In this document: positions 1 to 11,125 of the stretch, in pieces
How the letters are laid out: the number at the start of each line of letters is the position of its first letter
How positions within the stretch are numbered: position 1 is the first letter of the stretch
Source: a virus
Strand: one strand, 5' to 3'
DNA: 64,000 nucleotides
IMG/VR virus record: IMGVR_UViG_3300017977_000066
Location: 64,001-128,000 of that record
Notes under the pieces: model-generated
What the model was told of the DNA's origin: nothing
What the model saw: the letters and a program-made list of their open reading frames with translations, nothing else
The model's database searches: none
Position numbers and translations under genes: made by a program

Positions 1-18
1 TATGATATAGGGTTCAGT

Positions 19-369
19 TTGTTATCTGAGCATATAGAATCTTATATAATGCTATATGAGCATATGGATAGTAGTCTAGTACTTGAAGATACATTAGGTA
101 TAACTAGTACTACTGTATTAGTGAATAGATCAGCTGTTAACTATGAAGAGTTCTCTGACTACTTACAAGCACATATACATAACATTAGTAAAGAACTTCT
201 AGATATGGGAGAGAGACTTTACCATAACATATTGACAGATATCATAAATAGTATAAGTGGTCTTCATAACCACTCTGTAGCTATAGATATCAGTGAAAAT
301 AGAGTTTCGGTTACACTATATGCCTCTCCAGTAGAACGGAGATATCATCTAGCAGTAGCAGAGGATTAA
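19..369 (+). CDS. hypothetical protein
   Basis: 116-aa ORF, first of a tightly packed co-oriented run; start codon uncertain. Confidence 0.6.
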   Translation: MLSEHIESYIMLYEHMDSSLVLEDTLGITSTTVLVNRSAVNYEEFSDYLQAHIHNISKELLDMGERLYHNILTDIINSISGLHNHSVAIDISENRVSVTLYASPVERRYHLAVAED

Positions 370-375
370 AAAAAG

Positions 376-936
376 GTGAGTGGGATGACATATAAGGAAT
401 TAGGATTTGGCTTACCTAACAAGGATATAGCCATACATAAAAGCACTAAGTCCATAGCTACTGTAGACATAGCGTCTAACATACAGTTCAGATTAGCTAT
501 GTTATATGTAGACTTAGATAAGATAGCCGCTGTTCATAAGGATGTCTTCAAGCAGCATGAAGTCATAGATGATTTTGTTAGACTAGTATCTAAACTTCTA
601 ACTGATGCAGTATCGCATAGTGGTATAGGGTTAGACTCCATAGATTATACATGTCGTCTATTTACAGCAAGTATAGATGCCTATATAGCTAAAGATGCTA
701 TACAATGTTATGTGCGAGCAGAAGACATAAACTATAACCAACTATATGCCCTCATTCATGAGTTAACGTCTAACATCATGGTTATGTTGCATAAGTTCGG
801 TATAAGCAGAGAGGAAGCTATTTGTCTACCATGTAGTTTAGATGTAGAAACTGAGCCAGGTGGCTTCGAGTATTTTAGTGGTTGGATGACACATAAGACC
901 ATAGGCATAAATGTTTTAGTATTATTAGAATTTTAG
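376..936 (+). CDS. hypothetical protein
   Basis: 186-aa ORF, GAGGA RBS upstream, operonic spacing. Confidence 0.7.
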   Translation: MSGMTYKELGFGLPNKDIAIHKSTKSIATVDIASNIQFRLAMLYVDLDKIAAVHKDVFKQHEVIDDFVRLVSKLLTDAVSHSGIGLDSIDYTCRLFTASIDAYIAKDAIQCYVRAEDINYNQLYALIHELTSNIMVMLHKFGISREEAICLPCSLDVETEPGGFEYFSGWMTHKTIGINVLVLLEF

Positions 937-948
937 GAGTAGAATATT

Positions 949-1290
949 ATGGTTGTAGAGAAAGAATTTAACATAGGACCTTTTAAAGCCTTCTTAGGTA
1001 AAGTTATCCTAAGGGAACCTACCGAATGGTTCTTTATAGAGAATTATTCGTTAAAAGATTTATCATTAGTACTGGATAAGTATTTTTATATAATAGGTAA
1101 AGAATATGCTGATACTCCTAACTTAGAGCATCTGTTTCATGTTCTATGTATATTTCACACAGCTTTAATAAGAAGAGCTCCTGAAGCTAGAGCAGTACTA
1201 AACAACATAGTAGTTATGGATAGGTATGTTAATGAAAATGGTAAGGATGTCATAAAGGTAAAATACTTTTATGATAAGGATGTAGAATAA
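949..1290 (+). CDS. hypothetical protein
   Basis: 113-aa ORF, AGGAG RBS. Confidence 0.7.
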   Translation: MVVEKEFNIGPFKAFLGKVILREPTEWFFIENYSLKDLSLVLDKYFYIIGKEYADTPNLEHLFHVLCIFHTALIRRAPEARAVLNNIVVMDRYVNENGKDVIKVKYFYDKDVE

Positions 1291-1300
1291 GGAGAATGTT

Positions 1301-1834
1301 ATGGAATTAGGTGACATCGTATATGATAAACTAGAAGTTAATCATATAACTACAGTCATGCTAGCAGATGTTCTAGATACAGTTATAACCCATAAGAAAG
1401 ACTTCAGTGGGTTCACTAAGACAATATTAGACATAAGCTACTTATTACCTAATATTAAAGAACTCATATCCATGCTTAAGATACCTGGAGAGTATGGGGC
1501 TGATGATATCATAAGTACTAGTATCATCATAGAGATACTATTTAATGTAGCTAGTGGTTTGGATGATGAAGTTGATGATGAAGCTATCATGTACGAGATA
1601 GAGAGTATGTTCATAGATAGTCTTATGACATATGGTAACTTCGATACTAATAGGTTAGATAGTAACCCTGCTGTATATGAGGCTTATACTTTATTAATAA
1701 GAGATATGGTTAATAGTCTTAAAGTTATCATAGATAGCTTAGCTTTTAACGAGCATACTGAGTATATCTTTATAGGTAAAAAAGTCATAAATTATGACAA
1801 GATGAGATTTATAGTTAATATAAACATAATTTAA
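1301..1834 (+). CDS. hypothetical acidic protein
   Basis: 177-aa ORF, AAGGAG RBS, followed by a hairpin. Confidence 0.7.
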   Translation: MELGDIVYDKLEVNHITTVMLADVLDTVITHKKDFSGFTKTILDISYLLPNIKELISMLKIPGEYGADDIISTSIIIEILFNVASGLDDEVDDEAIMYEIESMFIDSLMTYGNFDTNRLDSNPAVYEAYTLLIRDMVNSLKVIIDSLAFNEHTEYIFIGKKVINYDKMRFIVNINII

Positions 1835-1865
1835 TAAAAGATAGGGTATTTAACTCTATCTTTTA
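1835..1865 (+). terminator. intrinsic terminator-like hairpin
   Basis: taaaagatagggt / actctatctttta stem followed by a T-rich tract. Confidence 0.65.
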
Positions 1866-1917
1866 TATTTGTTTTTTTCTTTTAAATTAGCTGAATATCC
1901 ATAATCAAGGAGTGTAA

Positions 1918-2319
1918 ATGTTATTTGAATTAAAGAAGACGTATAACTTTAATACAGTTAGTATGTCAGTATTAGATTTTAGTTATAAGAATTTAACAGT
2001 TTTAAGTTATTTAGGTTTTGACCAAGCTATAAAGTATTCAGGTGTCTACAATGATGTTGTTACTATAAGAGAACAATTAATAGTAGAGACATCTAAGTCC
2101 TTCATAGAGTCTAAGGATGCTATATATGTACTCTTCAAAAGCAGTGATGGTACTGAAGTACTTCTAGCAGAAGATTGGGTAGATGCTGACTCTATAGAAC
2201 TTGTACAGGACATAAGTCTTGCTCTAACTATAAAAGACATTACAACTAGCGATACAGCTATCATAATGGATACCTTAAGAGCTTTAGGATATAACGATAT
2301 AGATTCGCACATAATATAG
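1918..2319 (+). CDS. conserved phiKZ-like jumbo phage protein, probably virion-associated
   Basis: 133 aa, AAGGAG RBS; resembles a small conserved beta-rich jumbo-phage family; CTGAA late-like motif 25 nt upstream. Confidence 0.55.
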   Translation: MLFELKKTYNFNTVSMSVLDFSYKNLTVLSYLGFDQAIKYSGVYNDVVTIREQLIVETSKSFIESKDAIYVLFKSSDGTEVLLAEDWVDADSIELVQDISLALTIKDITTSDTAIIMDTLRALGYNDIDSHII

Positions 2320-2327
2320 GATAGGTC

Positions 2328-4427
2328 ATGTTACAGGATTTTATAAAAGAGAAAAGAAATAAGGATACTGTTATACAAGATGAAGTCCCTATTTTAGATG
2401 GTGATTGGGTTAGTACCGGCTTCTTAGTAAAAGCTGAAGACCTAGATGGCCTCTATAAGACTCTTAGGTTCAGTAGTCCTGCAGATAGGAAATTTGTAGA
2501 TACATCTATGGGAGGTAACATAAGCATCAACTGTTTTCCTCAGTTCACTAGGTATTGTGACATCCGTAGTAAGGGTATCCTAAATGGTCGTAATGATGTT
2601 AAAGTTAATGATTTAAATGGTAATGTAGGTATGGGTGAGTATTATGCTACAACTATAGATGATAACTCTACAGATGTGTTCTTTGAGTTTGGAGTACCAG
2701 AGTTTAACAATATAGCATTCTTTCTTCTTTCTTCTATAGACTATAAACAAGCAGTAGTTGCTAATAGCGGTAGAAGTCCTCTCTTCTATGATGCTGGTTA
2801 TGTATTTGGATTAGGTGCTTTATTCATGGCTTTCCCTTTAATAACTATAGGACTATTAGTAGCTAAAGCTGTATTCAGTGTTGCTACCAGTATATTAGGC
2901 GGTGGCGGTAAATTCGATCACTATTATTTAAAGCCTACTATGTTCACATATTGGTCTACTGTTAACAGTTTAGTAACTATGATGTCTACTGAACTAGGCA
3001 TATTATCCCCATCTATGATGAAAGATAAAGCTAGCCCTGATAATGTAGGTGTTCCTCTAAAAATAGATGAGGATCAGCTAGCTGGTATAAGAAAACTATT
3101 ACCAGGATTAGTAACAGCAGACAACAGTATAAATGTACATGCTATGGTAGCTAGAACACAAGTTACCTATAGTAAGTATCTTATAAAGCAAGCTGGTACT
3201 ATAAAGAATCTAAATGCTAGTATAACTGGTAGTGATGCTTTACCACATGTAGATCCGTTTAAAATGGATATGGTTACATCTGACGAGCTAAGTGGTGATA
3301 ATAGCCTTTGGGCTAAACTAAAAACAGATCTTAAGAAAGATAAGAGATATGAAAATGGTGTTAAGCCTAAAGACCTTAAAGGCATCACTGAGAAGATAAC
3401 TACTGTAGTTGGTAAAGATCAGAAAGTCACTACTACATTAAACGATGACGGCTCTGTTGTCAGAGGTACTCGTAATGAAGATGATAGTGCTTGGTTATCA
3501 GCTGCTACTGATACAGCAAAATCTGTTTTCAATGAGGGTGCTAGATATGCTGTATTCAGAGTTAACCATCTAGATAGTATATCCGAGACATTCTCTAACT
3601 CAACAACTGATACTGGCGTAGGTGATACTTTAAATGGTGTTAGTAAGAAATGGAAAGAACTCTCTTTTACAGCAGGTGGTATCGCAGGCGAAACTTTAAA
3701 GGGTGCTGCTAGTGCTGTTTTAGATGCCGTTGTAGGAGCTACAGATGGCCTTACATTAGGTCTTAGTAATGTTGTAGCAGGTTTCTTAGCAGGAGCTAAT
3801 ATAGAGGTACCTAAGAGATGGGAGTCTAGTAGTGCTTCATTCCCATCATTAAACTTTAGTATGCAACTAGTATCTCCTAGTGCCCACCCTATAGCACAAC
3901 TAAGGAATATCTATATACCACTAGCTTCTATCTTAGCAGGAGCTCTTCCGTTAGCTACAGGTCCTAAGTCCCATACATCTCCATTCATATGTAATATGTT
4001 CGTAAGAGGTAGACAGAGAGTTAATTTAGGTATGATAACATCCTTAACTATCACTAGAGGAGTTTCTAACCTACCTTATAACAAACAGAAGAGACCTTTA
4101 GCCATAGATGTTAGTTTTACAGTAACAGATTTCTATAGTGTAGTATCAGCACCAGTAGCACAAGATCTATTATCTGCTGGTAACACTATGTTCGATGATG
4201 AGGCCGGTATAAATCGTTATATACAATCATTATGTGCCAGAGATCTTTATTCTACTACACATGTTTTTGATAGAGCTAGGATTAAAACATCTAGACTATT
4301 ACAATCTGCGCATCTTGCAGTATCACCTGAAACAGTAGGAGCATGGGCTAGTGATAGTTTTTCATCTGGTACATTATTCTCTTTATTCGGTGATAATAAG
4401 AAAATTAACTACAGTGAATTATATTAG
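2328..4427 (+). CDS. virion structural protein, baseplate/hub-like (phiKZ-like core gene)
   Basis: 699 aa; motifs KFVDTSMGGNISINCFPQFTRYCDIR and GMITSLTITRG..PLAIDVSFTVTD recalled from phiKZ-like tail/baseplate proteins. Confidence 0.6.
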   Translation: MLQDFIKEKRNKDTVIQDEVPILDGDWVSTGFLVKAEDLDGLYKTLRFSSPADRKFVDTSMGGNISINCFPQFTRYCDIRSKGILNGRNDVKVNDLNGNVGMGEYYATTIDDNSTDVFFEFGVPEFNNIAFFLLSSIDYKQAVVANSGRSPLFYDAGYVFGLGALFMAFPLITIGLLVAKAVFSVATSILGGGGKFDHYYLKPTMFTYWSTVNSLVTMMSTELGILSPSMMKDKASPDNVGVPLKIDEDQLAGIRKLLPGLVTADNSINVHAMVARTQVTYSKYLIKQAGTIKNLNASITGSDALPHVDPFKMDMVTSDELSGDNSLWAKLKTDLKKDKRYENGVKPKDLKGITEKITTVVGKDQKVTTTLNDDGSVVRGTRNEDDSAWLSAATDTAKSVFNEGARYAVFRVNHLDSISETFSNSTTDTGVGDTLNGVSKKWKELSFTAGGIAGETLKGAASAVLDAVVGATDGLTLGLSNVVAGFLAGANIEVPKRWESSSASFPSLNFSMQLVSPSAHPIAQLRNIYIPLASILAGALPLATGPKSHTSPFICNMFVRGRQRVNLGMITSLTITRGVSNLPYNKQKRPLAIDVSFTVTDFYSVVSAPVAQDLLSAGNTMFDDEAGINRYIQSLCARDLYSTTHVFDRARIKTSRLLQSAHLAVSPETVGAWASDSFSSGTLFSLFGDNKKINYSELY

Positions 4428-4431
4428 CACA

Positions 4432-4458
4432 CTATAAGGATACCATGTATCCTTATAG
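4432..4458. terminator. bidirectional hairpin between convergent genes
   Basis: ctataaggatac / gtatccttatag inverted repeat. Confidence 0.65.
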
Positions 4459-5454
4459 CTATGCTATCATACCTAATTTAAAACCGCTTGTATTCGCTAG
4501 TACTGATGACTTTAGCTTATCTATAACACTAAGCTTCTGTGAGTTATTAACAGCTGATAACAAGCTACTATTTTCATAGTTACTTATAGTAGAATCTAGC
4601 GTAGCATTATCAGCTAGCTTAGTTATGTCATTATTACCAGCTAGATCCGTTATAGAGCTATAGCCCATAGCTTCATCTACTACAGAGTTCTTCTCTATAA
4701 CACCACTCTTTTTCATAACATCAGATACATTCATATGCTTACCAGGATTACTCATACCACTAAAAGATGCCTTATAGAGGTTCTTAGTATCACCAGTAGT
4801 TATGGCATCCTTAGCAGCATCTATAGAGAACTTACCCTGTACATTACCTTTAACCACAGCTCCTAATAGATTAGTCTTAGCAGTAGCATCTAAACTATCA
4901 TCAGCCATGATAGACTCTATATCTGCGCTGGCTACCTTAGTAGCATCTTTACTACTCTTATCACAATTAGCAGCATACATAATTGACGACATCAGAGATC
5001 TAGATGCTGAATTATTATACGAGAAGTTAATAGAGTTACATCTAGCATCATTTAAGTCATATAAGCCTTTCTTAAAATCTAATCCTTTACCATGTGGATT
5101 TAAACTATCTATACCAAGACATTTGAAACTATCAAACATCCCACTAGTATGTAGATAGGATAACTTAAGCTTAGGTAGGTTAGACATATTAATACCGTTA
5201 AACATGCCTCCTAGTTTGTTAAGAGCATTAAGATTACCAAGTTTCCAATCTGGTACATCAAAGCCAAAATCTAAACCTTTTAGATGTGGTAGGCTAAAAT
5301 CTAGATCTGGTGTTGATCCAGAACATGATATAGCCGATTTAGCATTAGAAGACTTGATGCTGTTTAAAGCACTTGAAGCTGAAGACGATGTTGTTGTAGA
5401 AGATATTTTATTATTAGTACTAGCAACACTAGTATTAGGTATATTTAAACTCAT
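4459..5454 (-). CDS. putative virion structural protein with Ser-rich N-terminus
   Basis: 331 aa, AAAGGA RBS, TTGAA motif upstream. Confidence 0.55.
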   Translation of the reverse strand: MSLNIPNTSVASTNNKISSTTTSSSASSALNSIKSSNAKSAISCSGSTPDLDFSLPHLKGLDFGFDVPDWKLGNLNALNKLGGMFNGINMSNLPKLKLSYLHTSGMFDSFKCLGIDSLNPHGKGLDFKKGLYDLNDARCNSINFSYNNSASRSLMSSIMYAANCDKSSKDATKVASADIESIMADDSLDATAKTNLLGAVVKGNVQGKFSIDAAKDAITTGDTKNLYKASFSGMSNPGKHMNVSDVMKKSGVIEKNSVVDEAMGYSSITDLAGNNDITKLADNATLDSTISNYENSSLLSAVNNSQKLSVIDKLKSSVLANTSGFKLGMIA

Positions 5455-5521
5455 AGCTTATCCTTTATAATTTCAATCAAAAAAAGCAGTTATGCTTAGT
5501 AGTATATATAAACTAATGCTA

Positions 5522-5570
5522 GTTCAAAAAAATTTTAACCTTATATTACTTATATGAACCTAGTAGTAGG
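5522..5570 (+). promoter_or_regulatory. early (virion RNAP) promoter, TATATTAC at 5542-5549
   Basis: matches the phiKZ early consensus TATATTAC; one of 10 copies with GA 7 nt downstream. Confidence 0.75.
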
Positions 5571-5605
5571 TATTAAAAAACACACAATGTTAAAAGGAGT
5601 CTCAT

Positions 5606-6055
5606 ATGAGCAAAGTAGAAGTTAGCCTTAAAGGCACGGAAGTAGAAGTTGAAAAGAACGGTAAGGCTGCTAAAGTAAAGATAGGTGATGAGAAGCTTTA
5701 TTTAAATAAAGCTAGTGAAGCTGGTATTGAAAAGAAAACATTAGAAACAGTCGCTCACTTCGATGAGGCATATATCAATGCTGCTGTAGACAATGCGGTT
5801 GCCGAAGCTGAAGTAGTTCTTGTTGGTGACAAAGAGATAGATGAGGTAAATGTTGTAACGCCATTCGGTATTAATAAGTCATCTGTAGCTACTACAAATG
5901 TAAAGCGTGCTATGACTAGTCCTATCCCAGGCACTGATAAAAAAGTTACTAAGTCTCGTATTAAAAACATAGTAACTACAACTCGTTATAATGTGTCTAA
6001 AGCTCATATCAAAAAGCTTGCTGATGCACTATCTGAAAAAGTTGTTAATGCTTAA
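5606..6055 (+). CDS. early, probably highly expressed, K/V/A-rich protein
   Basis: 149 aa, early promoter, AAGGAG RBS, own terminator. Confidence 0.7.
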   Translation: MSKVEVSLKGTEVEVEKNGKAAKVKIGDEKLYLNKASEAGIEKKTLETVAHFDEAYINAAVDNAVAEAEVVLVGDKEIDEVNVVTPFGINKSSVATTNVKRAMTSPIPGTDKKVTKSRIKNIVTTTRYNVSKAHIKKLADALSEKVVNA

Positions 6056-6068
6056 GTGTTAACAAACA

Positions 6069-6104
6069 TATATACTACTAGGATATTATTCCTAGTAGTA
6101 TATA
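6069..6104. terminator. bidirectional hairpin terminator
   Basis: 15-bp stem tatatactactagga / tcctagtagtatata between convergent genes. Confidence 0.7.
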
Positions 6105-6127
6105 GTTAGTTGCTCTCTTTTTTTATT

Positions 6128-7045
6128 TTATGCAGAAGGAGTTAGAGGAGCAGTTCTTGTACCTTCGTAGTTAACATCATCATCAGTAGGTGCATCTAAA
6201 GAAGCTTCTATCTTATCAGTAGGTAATAAAATATCTTCACTATCTACAGACCATAGTTTTAAGTTATTTAAAACAGTTACTGCTAGTTGTTTAACACGCT
6301 TGTTAGTAGAAGGGATAGCAAAACCACCAAGGTCTAAACTGATCTCTTTAACTTCTCTACCACTATTCTTATCTTTCTTACCAGTTATATCAGGGTTAGA
6401 TGTAGGGAATAGATTAGATACCAACCAAGCATGGATAGGAGTTCGGTATAATGGATCTGGTTCTATGAATAGAACAGTCATTGTATACCAATCTGCAGTC
6501 CAAGCTTTAGGAAGCACATCAGCAGCAGTTATACGAGTTATGAGAGGAGCTTTAAGATCTGGATCCATCATACCGTATCTGATCCAAGTATCTAATAGGA
6601 TCTCAAATGGTGTTCCATACTTCTCTGTTAATGTAATACTAACAGACGTAGTTTCTCTTTTAACATCAGCTATCTCTTTAAAAGAAGCACCTGATAGACC
6701 TAACTCATGTTCACTAGTCTCTACATTTAATGAAGCATTAAGCCCATCTATAGTTTTAGCATGTACTTCTACCATAGCTTTAACAGCAGTCTTCCAATCT
6801 TTAGGGTTAGCCAATAGATCGAACATTCTAGGTACTTGCATAACGATAGGTATAAGGTCTCGTTTAGAATAAGCTTGCTCATTCATCCACTCATGGATAG
6901 CAGCGTCATTATTAACACCACCTATCCTAGGAAGTAAACCCCACTGACCACCTTTATTAATATCTATGGCAGGAACCTCTGGATATGTCATACCAGAGTT
7001 TATTTCATTTGCCAAGTCTATGATTTTTACATTTTCAACAGCCAT
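6128..7045 (-). CDS. tail tube protein (phiKZ gp30-like)
   Basis: 305 aa directly downstream of the sheath gene; motifs QAYSKRDLIPIV, VHAKTIDGLNASL, EKYG, TVLFIEPDP. Confidence 0.8.
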   Translation of the reverse strand: MAVENVKIIDLANEINSGMTYPEVPAIDINKGGQWGLLPRIGGVNNDAAIHEWMNEQAYSKRDLIPIVMQVPRMFDLLANPKDWKTAVKAMVEVHAKTIDGLNASLNVETSEHELGLSGASFKEIADVKRETTSVSITLTEKYGTPFEILLDTWIRYGMMDPDLKAPLITRITAADVLPKAWTADWYTMTVLFIEPDPLYRTPIHAWLVSNLFPTSNPDITGKKDKNSGREVKEISLDLGGFAIPSTNKRVKQLAVTVLNNLKLWSVDSEDILLPTDKIEASLDAPTDDDVNYEGTRTAPLTPSA

Positions 7046-7095
7046 CTTAAAATCCTTAATTTTATTTTATTTTATTTTATTTATAAGGAGGATAC

Positions 7096-9222
7096 TTACA
7101 TATCCTCTTTATTCCACGCCTCGATATAGTGTGTCATTACAGTTTTCATAACATTACCATAAAGTTTACTTGCTACAGTCCAGCTATAACCTCTTTGTTC
7201 ATCAAAGTCAGTTATCATTGCTTTAACAGAAGTCTCTATGATATAAGCGAATTTACCATCCAACTCATTATTCATCCAAGTCTCTACTTCGTCAATGAAC
7301 TCACTAGGAGTAGAACTAACATCACCAGTAAATTTTCTAAATGCAGCAGCTGCTACTTTTTCTGTAGTAGTTAAAGCTAAGGCCATGAAGATATTGTTAA
7401 GAACAGATGTATCATTATCATATACAGATTGCATAGCAGGGAATGAATAAGCTCTTAAGTCATATGGTTGTGCCCATATAAGACCTACATTCCATAGATC
7501 AGGTTTGATACCAGCTGGAATAAAAGACGGTTGGATGTTAGAATAGTTAAGAATGATATTTCTATCACCTCTATCGAACATAAGTTCTTTCTTCCATTTT
7601 TGTCCACCCATCATTCTAGCAGTCTTATAAGCTATATCCATGATTAAACCATAGCGTCTATTCTCAGGATCTAAGTTATCATTACCACTACCATTAACAA
7701 CCATACCTCTAGCAACAGGAGTACCAAAATATGTAGACTCAGGAGCTAAACTTAACGCAGCTTTAAGGTTAAGACCTATAGCTCTATCGGTTACTAGATC
7801 AACATACTTCTCATTCATATTGTCTTCTCTAGTACTAAGACCTACAAAAGTATCTTTTCTTACAGCGATAAAATCAACAAGAGATTTCTTAGTAGGTAAT
7901 GTAAAACCAGAATCATATGTAGCATTCTCTAAGTTAACAGCAGGATCCATAACTTCACTATTTTTATCTAGGAATTTCTCCATGATTCTATTAACACCAG
8001 CTTCTAATGTTGTCTCGTTAAGAGTACCATCTTTACCAGCACCAAGATATAGTGGAGTAGATTTACTCATATAAGTTTCACTTTGGCCAGCTGCTAATGT
8101 AACAGCAGTATCGTCCATCTTATATGTAAATGCAGGAACTCTTTTCGTAGACATAGCTGTGAATACATTAACGATACCAAATTGGTCATCTATATTAGAA
8201 GTAGATACGAAGTCTAACCATGTAGAAGTATTCATTACAGTACCGTCTAAAGTAGTTACATCGGCATTGATGAAGTCTTTTTCAACTTCTAAGATCTCTT
8301 TAGTTAATAGATCGAAGTTAGTTTGGTATACATAAGGATCTTCTATATTAGGATATACTAAGTCTCTTAATGGATTCTCAAGGTTGTACCAGTTATCAGT
8401 AACATCTTTTAAAGAGATAGGCATGTTAGTAACTGGATCTTTAGCACTCTTTTTAAATACGAATTGTTGTGATTCAGAACCGAAAAGGCTTTTGATAGGA
8501 ACACCAGTAGCAGTTTCATCAGCTCTCTTAAACATATAGAACTCGTATGGTAAAGATAGTGTACCTTCTATGTAAGAAGTATTAACATTATCAGCAGTAG
8601 GTAAGTTAAACGTAAAACCTATATTGTTATATGGTTTACCTTTATATTTAGCTCTTACTTCTACTAGTGGATACATAACAGATGTGTTACCATTAGCATC
8701 TTGCATATAACCTGGTTTACTCATCTTAGTCCCCATGTCGATATCTACATCTTCTTGGTTAACTTCAGTGATAACTTTTAATCTATAACCTTGTACTGTA
8801 GAAGCTACTATAGGGTCACCATTACCATCAATAGCGATGCTACCATCTAGGTTACGAGTATATACGTCAACATCGTCTTTAATGATATCTAAGTATGTAG
8901 TAACATTAGCGATAGTATCATTGTCATCAGGAACGATACGCCAGTACATCATGGCATTGCCAGCAGCTGACATCAATTCAGCAAGTCTTGTTGTGTGTGT
9001 GTAATATGGTTGATTTCTATCGAAAGTCTCTTTACCATATAGGCCTATTAACCTAGCACCATCTACTAGTTCCTTAGTTAAGTAAGGTCCTTTAGAAGCA
9101 AAACCCATTACCATAGGTAAGTGTGTAGGAATTTCTATAGGTCTGGGCGGGGTTGGTTTTAAACTCTTGTCATCAGTACCTAATTGTACTATTTGCGGTG
9201 AAGCATTAACTATCAAGTTCAT
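7096..9222 (-). CDS. contractile tail sheath protein (phiKZ gp29-like)
   Basis: 708 aa; IVNASPQ..GTDDKS N-terminus, YDSGFTLPTKK, PESTYFGTPVARG, RGYSW...NVMKTV C-terminus. Confidence 0.85.
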   Translation of the reverse strand: MNLIVNASPQIVQLGTDDKSLKPTPPRPIEIPTHLPMVMGFASKGPYLTKELVDGARLIGLYGKETFDRNQPYYTHTTRLAELMSAAGNAMMYWRIVPDDNDTIANVTTYLDIIKDDVDVYTRNLDGSIAIDGNGDPIVASTVQGYRLKVITEVNQEDVDIDMGTKMSKPGYMQDANGNTSVMYPLVEVRAKYKGKPYNNIGFTFNLPTADNVNTSYIEGTLSLPYEFYMFKRADETATGVPIKSLFGSESQQFVFKKSAKDPVTNMPISLKDVTDNWYNLENPLRDLVYPNIEDPYVYQTNFDLLTKEILEVEKDFINADVTTLDGTVMNTSTWLDFVSTSNIDDQFGIVNVFTAMSTKRVPAFTYKMDDTAVTLAAGQSETYMSKSTPLYLGAGKDGTLNETTLEAGVNRIMEKFLDKNSEVMDPAVNLENATYDSGFTLPTKKSLVDFIAVRKDTFVGLSTREDNMNEKYVDLVTDRAIGLNLKAALSLAPESTYFGTPVARGMVVNGSGNDNLDPENRRYGLIMDIAYKTARMMGGQKWKKELMFDRGDRNIILNYSNIQPSFIPAGIKPDLWNVGLIWAQPYDLRAYSFPAMQSVYDNDTSVLNNIFMALALTTTEKVAAAAFRKFTGDVSSTPSEFIDEVETWMNNELDGKFAYIIETSVKAMITDFDEQRGYSWTVASKLYGNVMKTVMTHYIEAWNKEDM

Positions 9223-9291
9223 CTTTAATCCTTTATATGTTTAGTTGTGCGATCATTACGATCATCATAGGATAAATAAAAAAGCATATGT

Positions 9292-9323
9292 ATAACATAG
9301 GGATTTTTAAATCCCTATGTTAT
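9292..9323 (-). terminator. hairpin terminator
   Basis: 15-bp stem ataacatagggattt / aaatccctatgttat at the end of 9323..11125. Confidence 0.6.
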
Positions 9324-11125
9324 TATTGAAATTTAAAGAACTCTCTTTGATTGTTAACCATATCGTTAAGTAATAGGTATATCCTACCGTTCCTAGCCGA
9401 TATGAATTGTTGTAGTATAGCATCGCCATTATACCTTACTACTTTATTAGTTATCTTATAACCTTTCCTATCATAGATGAAGTAGTTAAGTCTATCAGTA
9501 GTATCTCCTAGCTTAAATACTACTACCTTATCATTTTTTAATCTAAAGCTTACTAAGTCTTTATTCTTAAAGTTAGTATGTATAGATAGTGCAGCCATTT
9601 TATAACCATCTAGTACATTAAAGAGCACACTCTTAAATGCATTAGTACCTTTAGGTAATATCACTACTTCAGTATCATTAACCTCAGATACAGAAACATC
9701 GGTTAGATCAGTATCACTAACATAAGTATTAACTAATGTAACTACCATAGCATCTAGGTCTAGTGTATAGAAGTTAACATTCTTACTATTAACTTTACTA
9801 ACACCTACTACATATAGGTTATCAGGCATCTCCATAACTTTCCTAATAACAGGAGTATCTATAACTATATCAGTAGTTAAGACAGTACCTAATGTTATAA
9901 TGTCTTTAAAAGGATCATAATCAAAACCAGTTAAAACTAATAAGCCATTACTATCTTTAGTTTGTATATAACCTTTAGTCTTAGTTACAAGTCTTAGAGT
10001 ATAATCTCCCGCGATACTTATGTTACTACCTTTTAATATAGTCATATGGTTATTCTGCTTATCGATGATATCGAATTCTAACTTATCGTCAGCCTGCTTG
10101 ATAGCTACTACGTTATTAAAGAACTCTTCTACATTAGCATTACCATCATAAATGTCGTTTTGATTATCACTTACTATAGATACAGGAGTTAGATTATTTT
10201 CATATACATAACCAAGATCAGGTATAAATTTCTCTTCTCTACCAGCTGTAGATATGAATATAAGATCAGTAGTAGTTTGTGTATTACCATTAGCATCAGT
10301 ATAGCTTAGATATAACTTAACTCTATATGACGAGTTTATAGATATGGTAACTGGTATAGTTAATGTATTACCAGCAGTATCTATATTAGCTAACTTAGTA
10401 CCATCTAAGGATAATAGTTCAGCACTATCTAAAGTAACAGCATATTCGGAAGTACTTAGTACTTTTAAAGTATTACTACCAGTGTAATCTAGGTCTAAAG
10501 TATTACCTTCTATGTTATAGAAAACTTTCTTAAGATAGTAAGCATCAAAAACAACTTTAGATAATGTAGAGTGTGAAGCTATGTTAACTGCCACTATGTT
10601 AAGTTTATAAATAGAAGCTAGGTCTACAGCATCAGAAGTTATAGTTATGATACCATCGTTATCATAGTAGTTAACTATCTCACCATACACTAATGTATTA
10701 CTATCATCATAGAGAGATATAGATGTACCTTCATATGCAACATTAGTCTTAGGCTCTGGTATAACTATAGTTATTTTCTCACCTGGTAAATATTCTACAT
10801 CTCTTATATACGGCTCCGAGATATTAAGCTCAGGTGTTAAGTAATCTTTAGTGTTAGACTCTTCGTTAAATATAGGTTTAGGTCCTATCCATACATCATT
10901 ACTTATACTAGCACCATCAGAGTCCTTAAGTCTCCTTAAAGATGATATATACCATATCTCACCTGTAGGGATTATTTTATCAACTTCCCAAAAGTCTAAA
11001 TAATCTGTACTTTCATCTATATTATCTTCTACTTCATTACCCTCTAGATCCCTAGTAAGTTTCCATGAGGTAGCATCATGTGTTAACTCACTATCATCTG
11101 GCCATTTAGGTATGTTAAATATCAT
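9323..11125 (-). CDS. putative virion surface/tail-associated protein (Ig/FN3-like N-terminus, beta-rich C-terminus)
   Basis: 600 aa, beta-strand rich; HDATSWKL..WY motif shared with 31507..31884; TTTTGAA motif upstream. Confidence 0.5.
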   Translation of the reverse strand: MIFNIPKWPDDSELTHDATSWKLTRDLEGNEVEDNIDESTDYLDFWEVDKIIPTGEIWYISSLRRLKDSDGASISNDVWIGPKPIFNEESNTKDYLTPELNISEPYIRDVEYLPGEKITIVIPEPKTNVAYEGTSISLYDDSNTLVYGEIVNYYDNDGIITITSDAVDLASIYKLNIVAVNIASHSTLSKVVFDAYYLKKVFYNIEGNTLDLDYTGSNTLKVLSTSEYAVTLDSAELLSLDGTKLANIDTAGNTLTIPVTISINSSYRVKLYLSYTDANGNTQTTTDLIFISTAGREEKFIPDLGYVYENNLTPVSIVSDNQNDIYDGNANVEEFFNNVVAIKQADDKLEFDIIDKQNNHMTILKGSNISIAGDYTLRLVTKTKGYIQTKDSNGLLVLTGFDYDPFKDIITLGTVLTTDIVIDTPVIRKVMEMPDNLYVVGVSKVNSKNVNFYTLDLDAMVVTLVNTYVSDTDLTDVSVSEVNDTEVVILPKGTNAFKSVLFNVLDGYKMAALSIHTNFKNKDLVSFRLKNDKVVVFKLGDTTDRLNYFIYDRKGYKITNKVVRYNGDAILQQFISARNGRIYLLLNDMVNNQREFFKFQ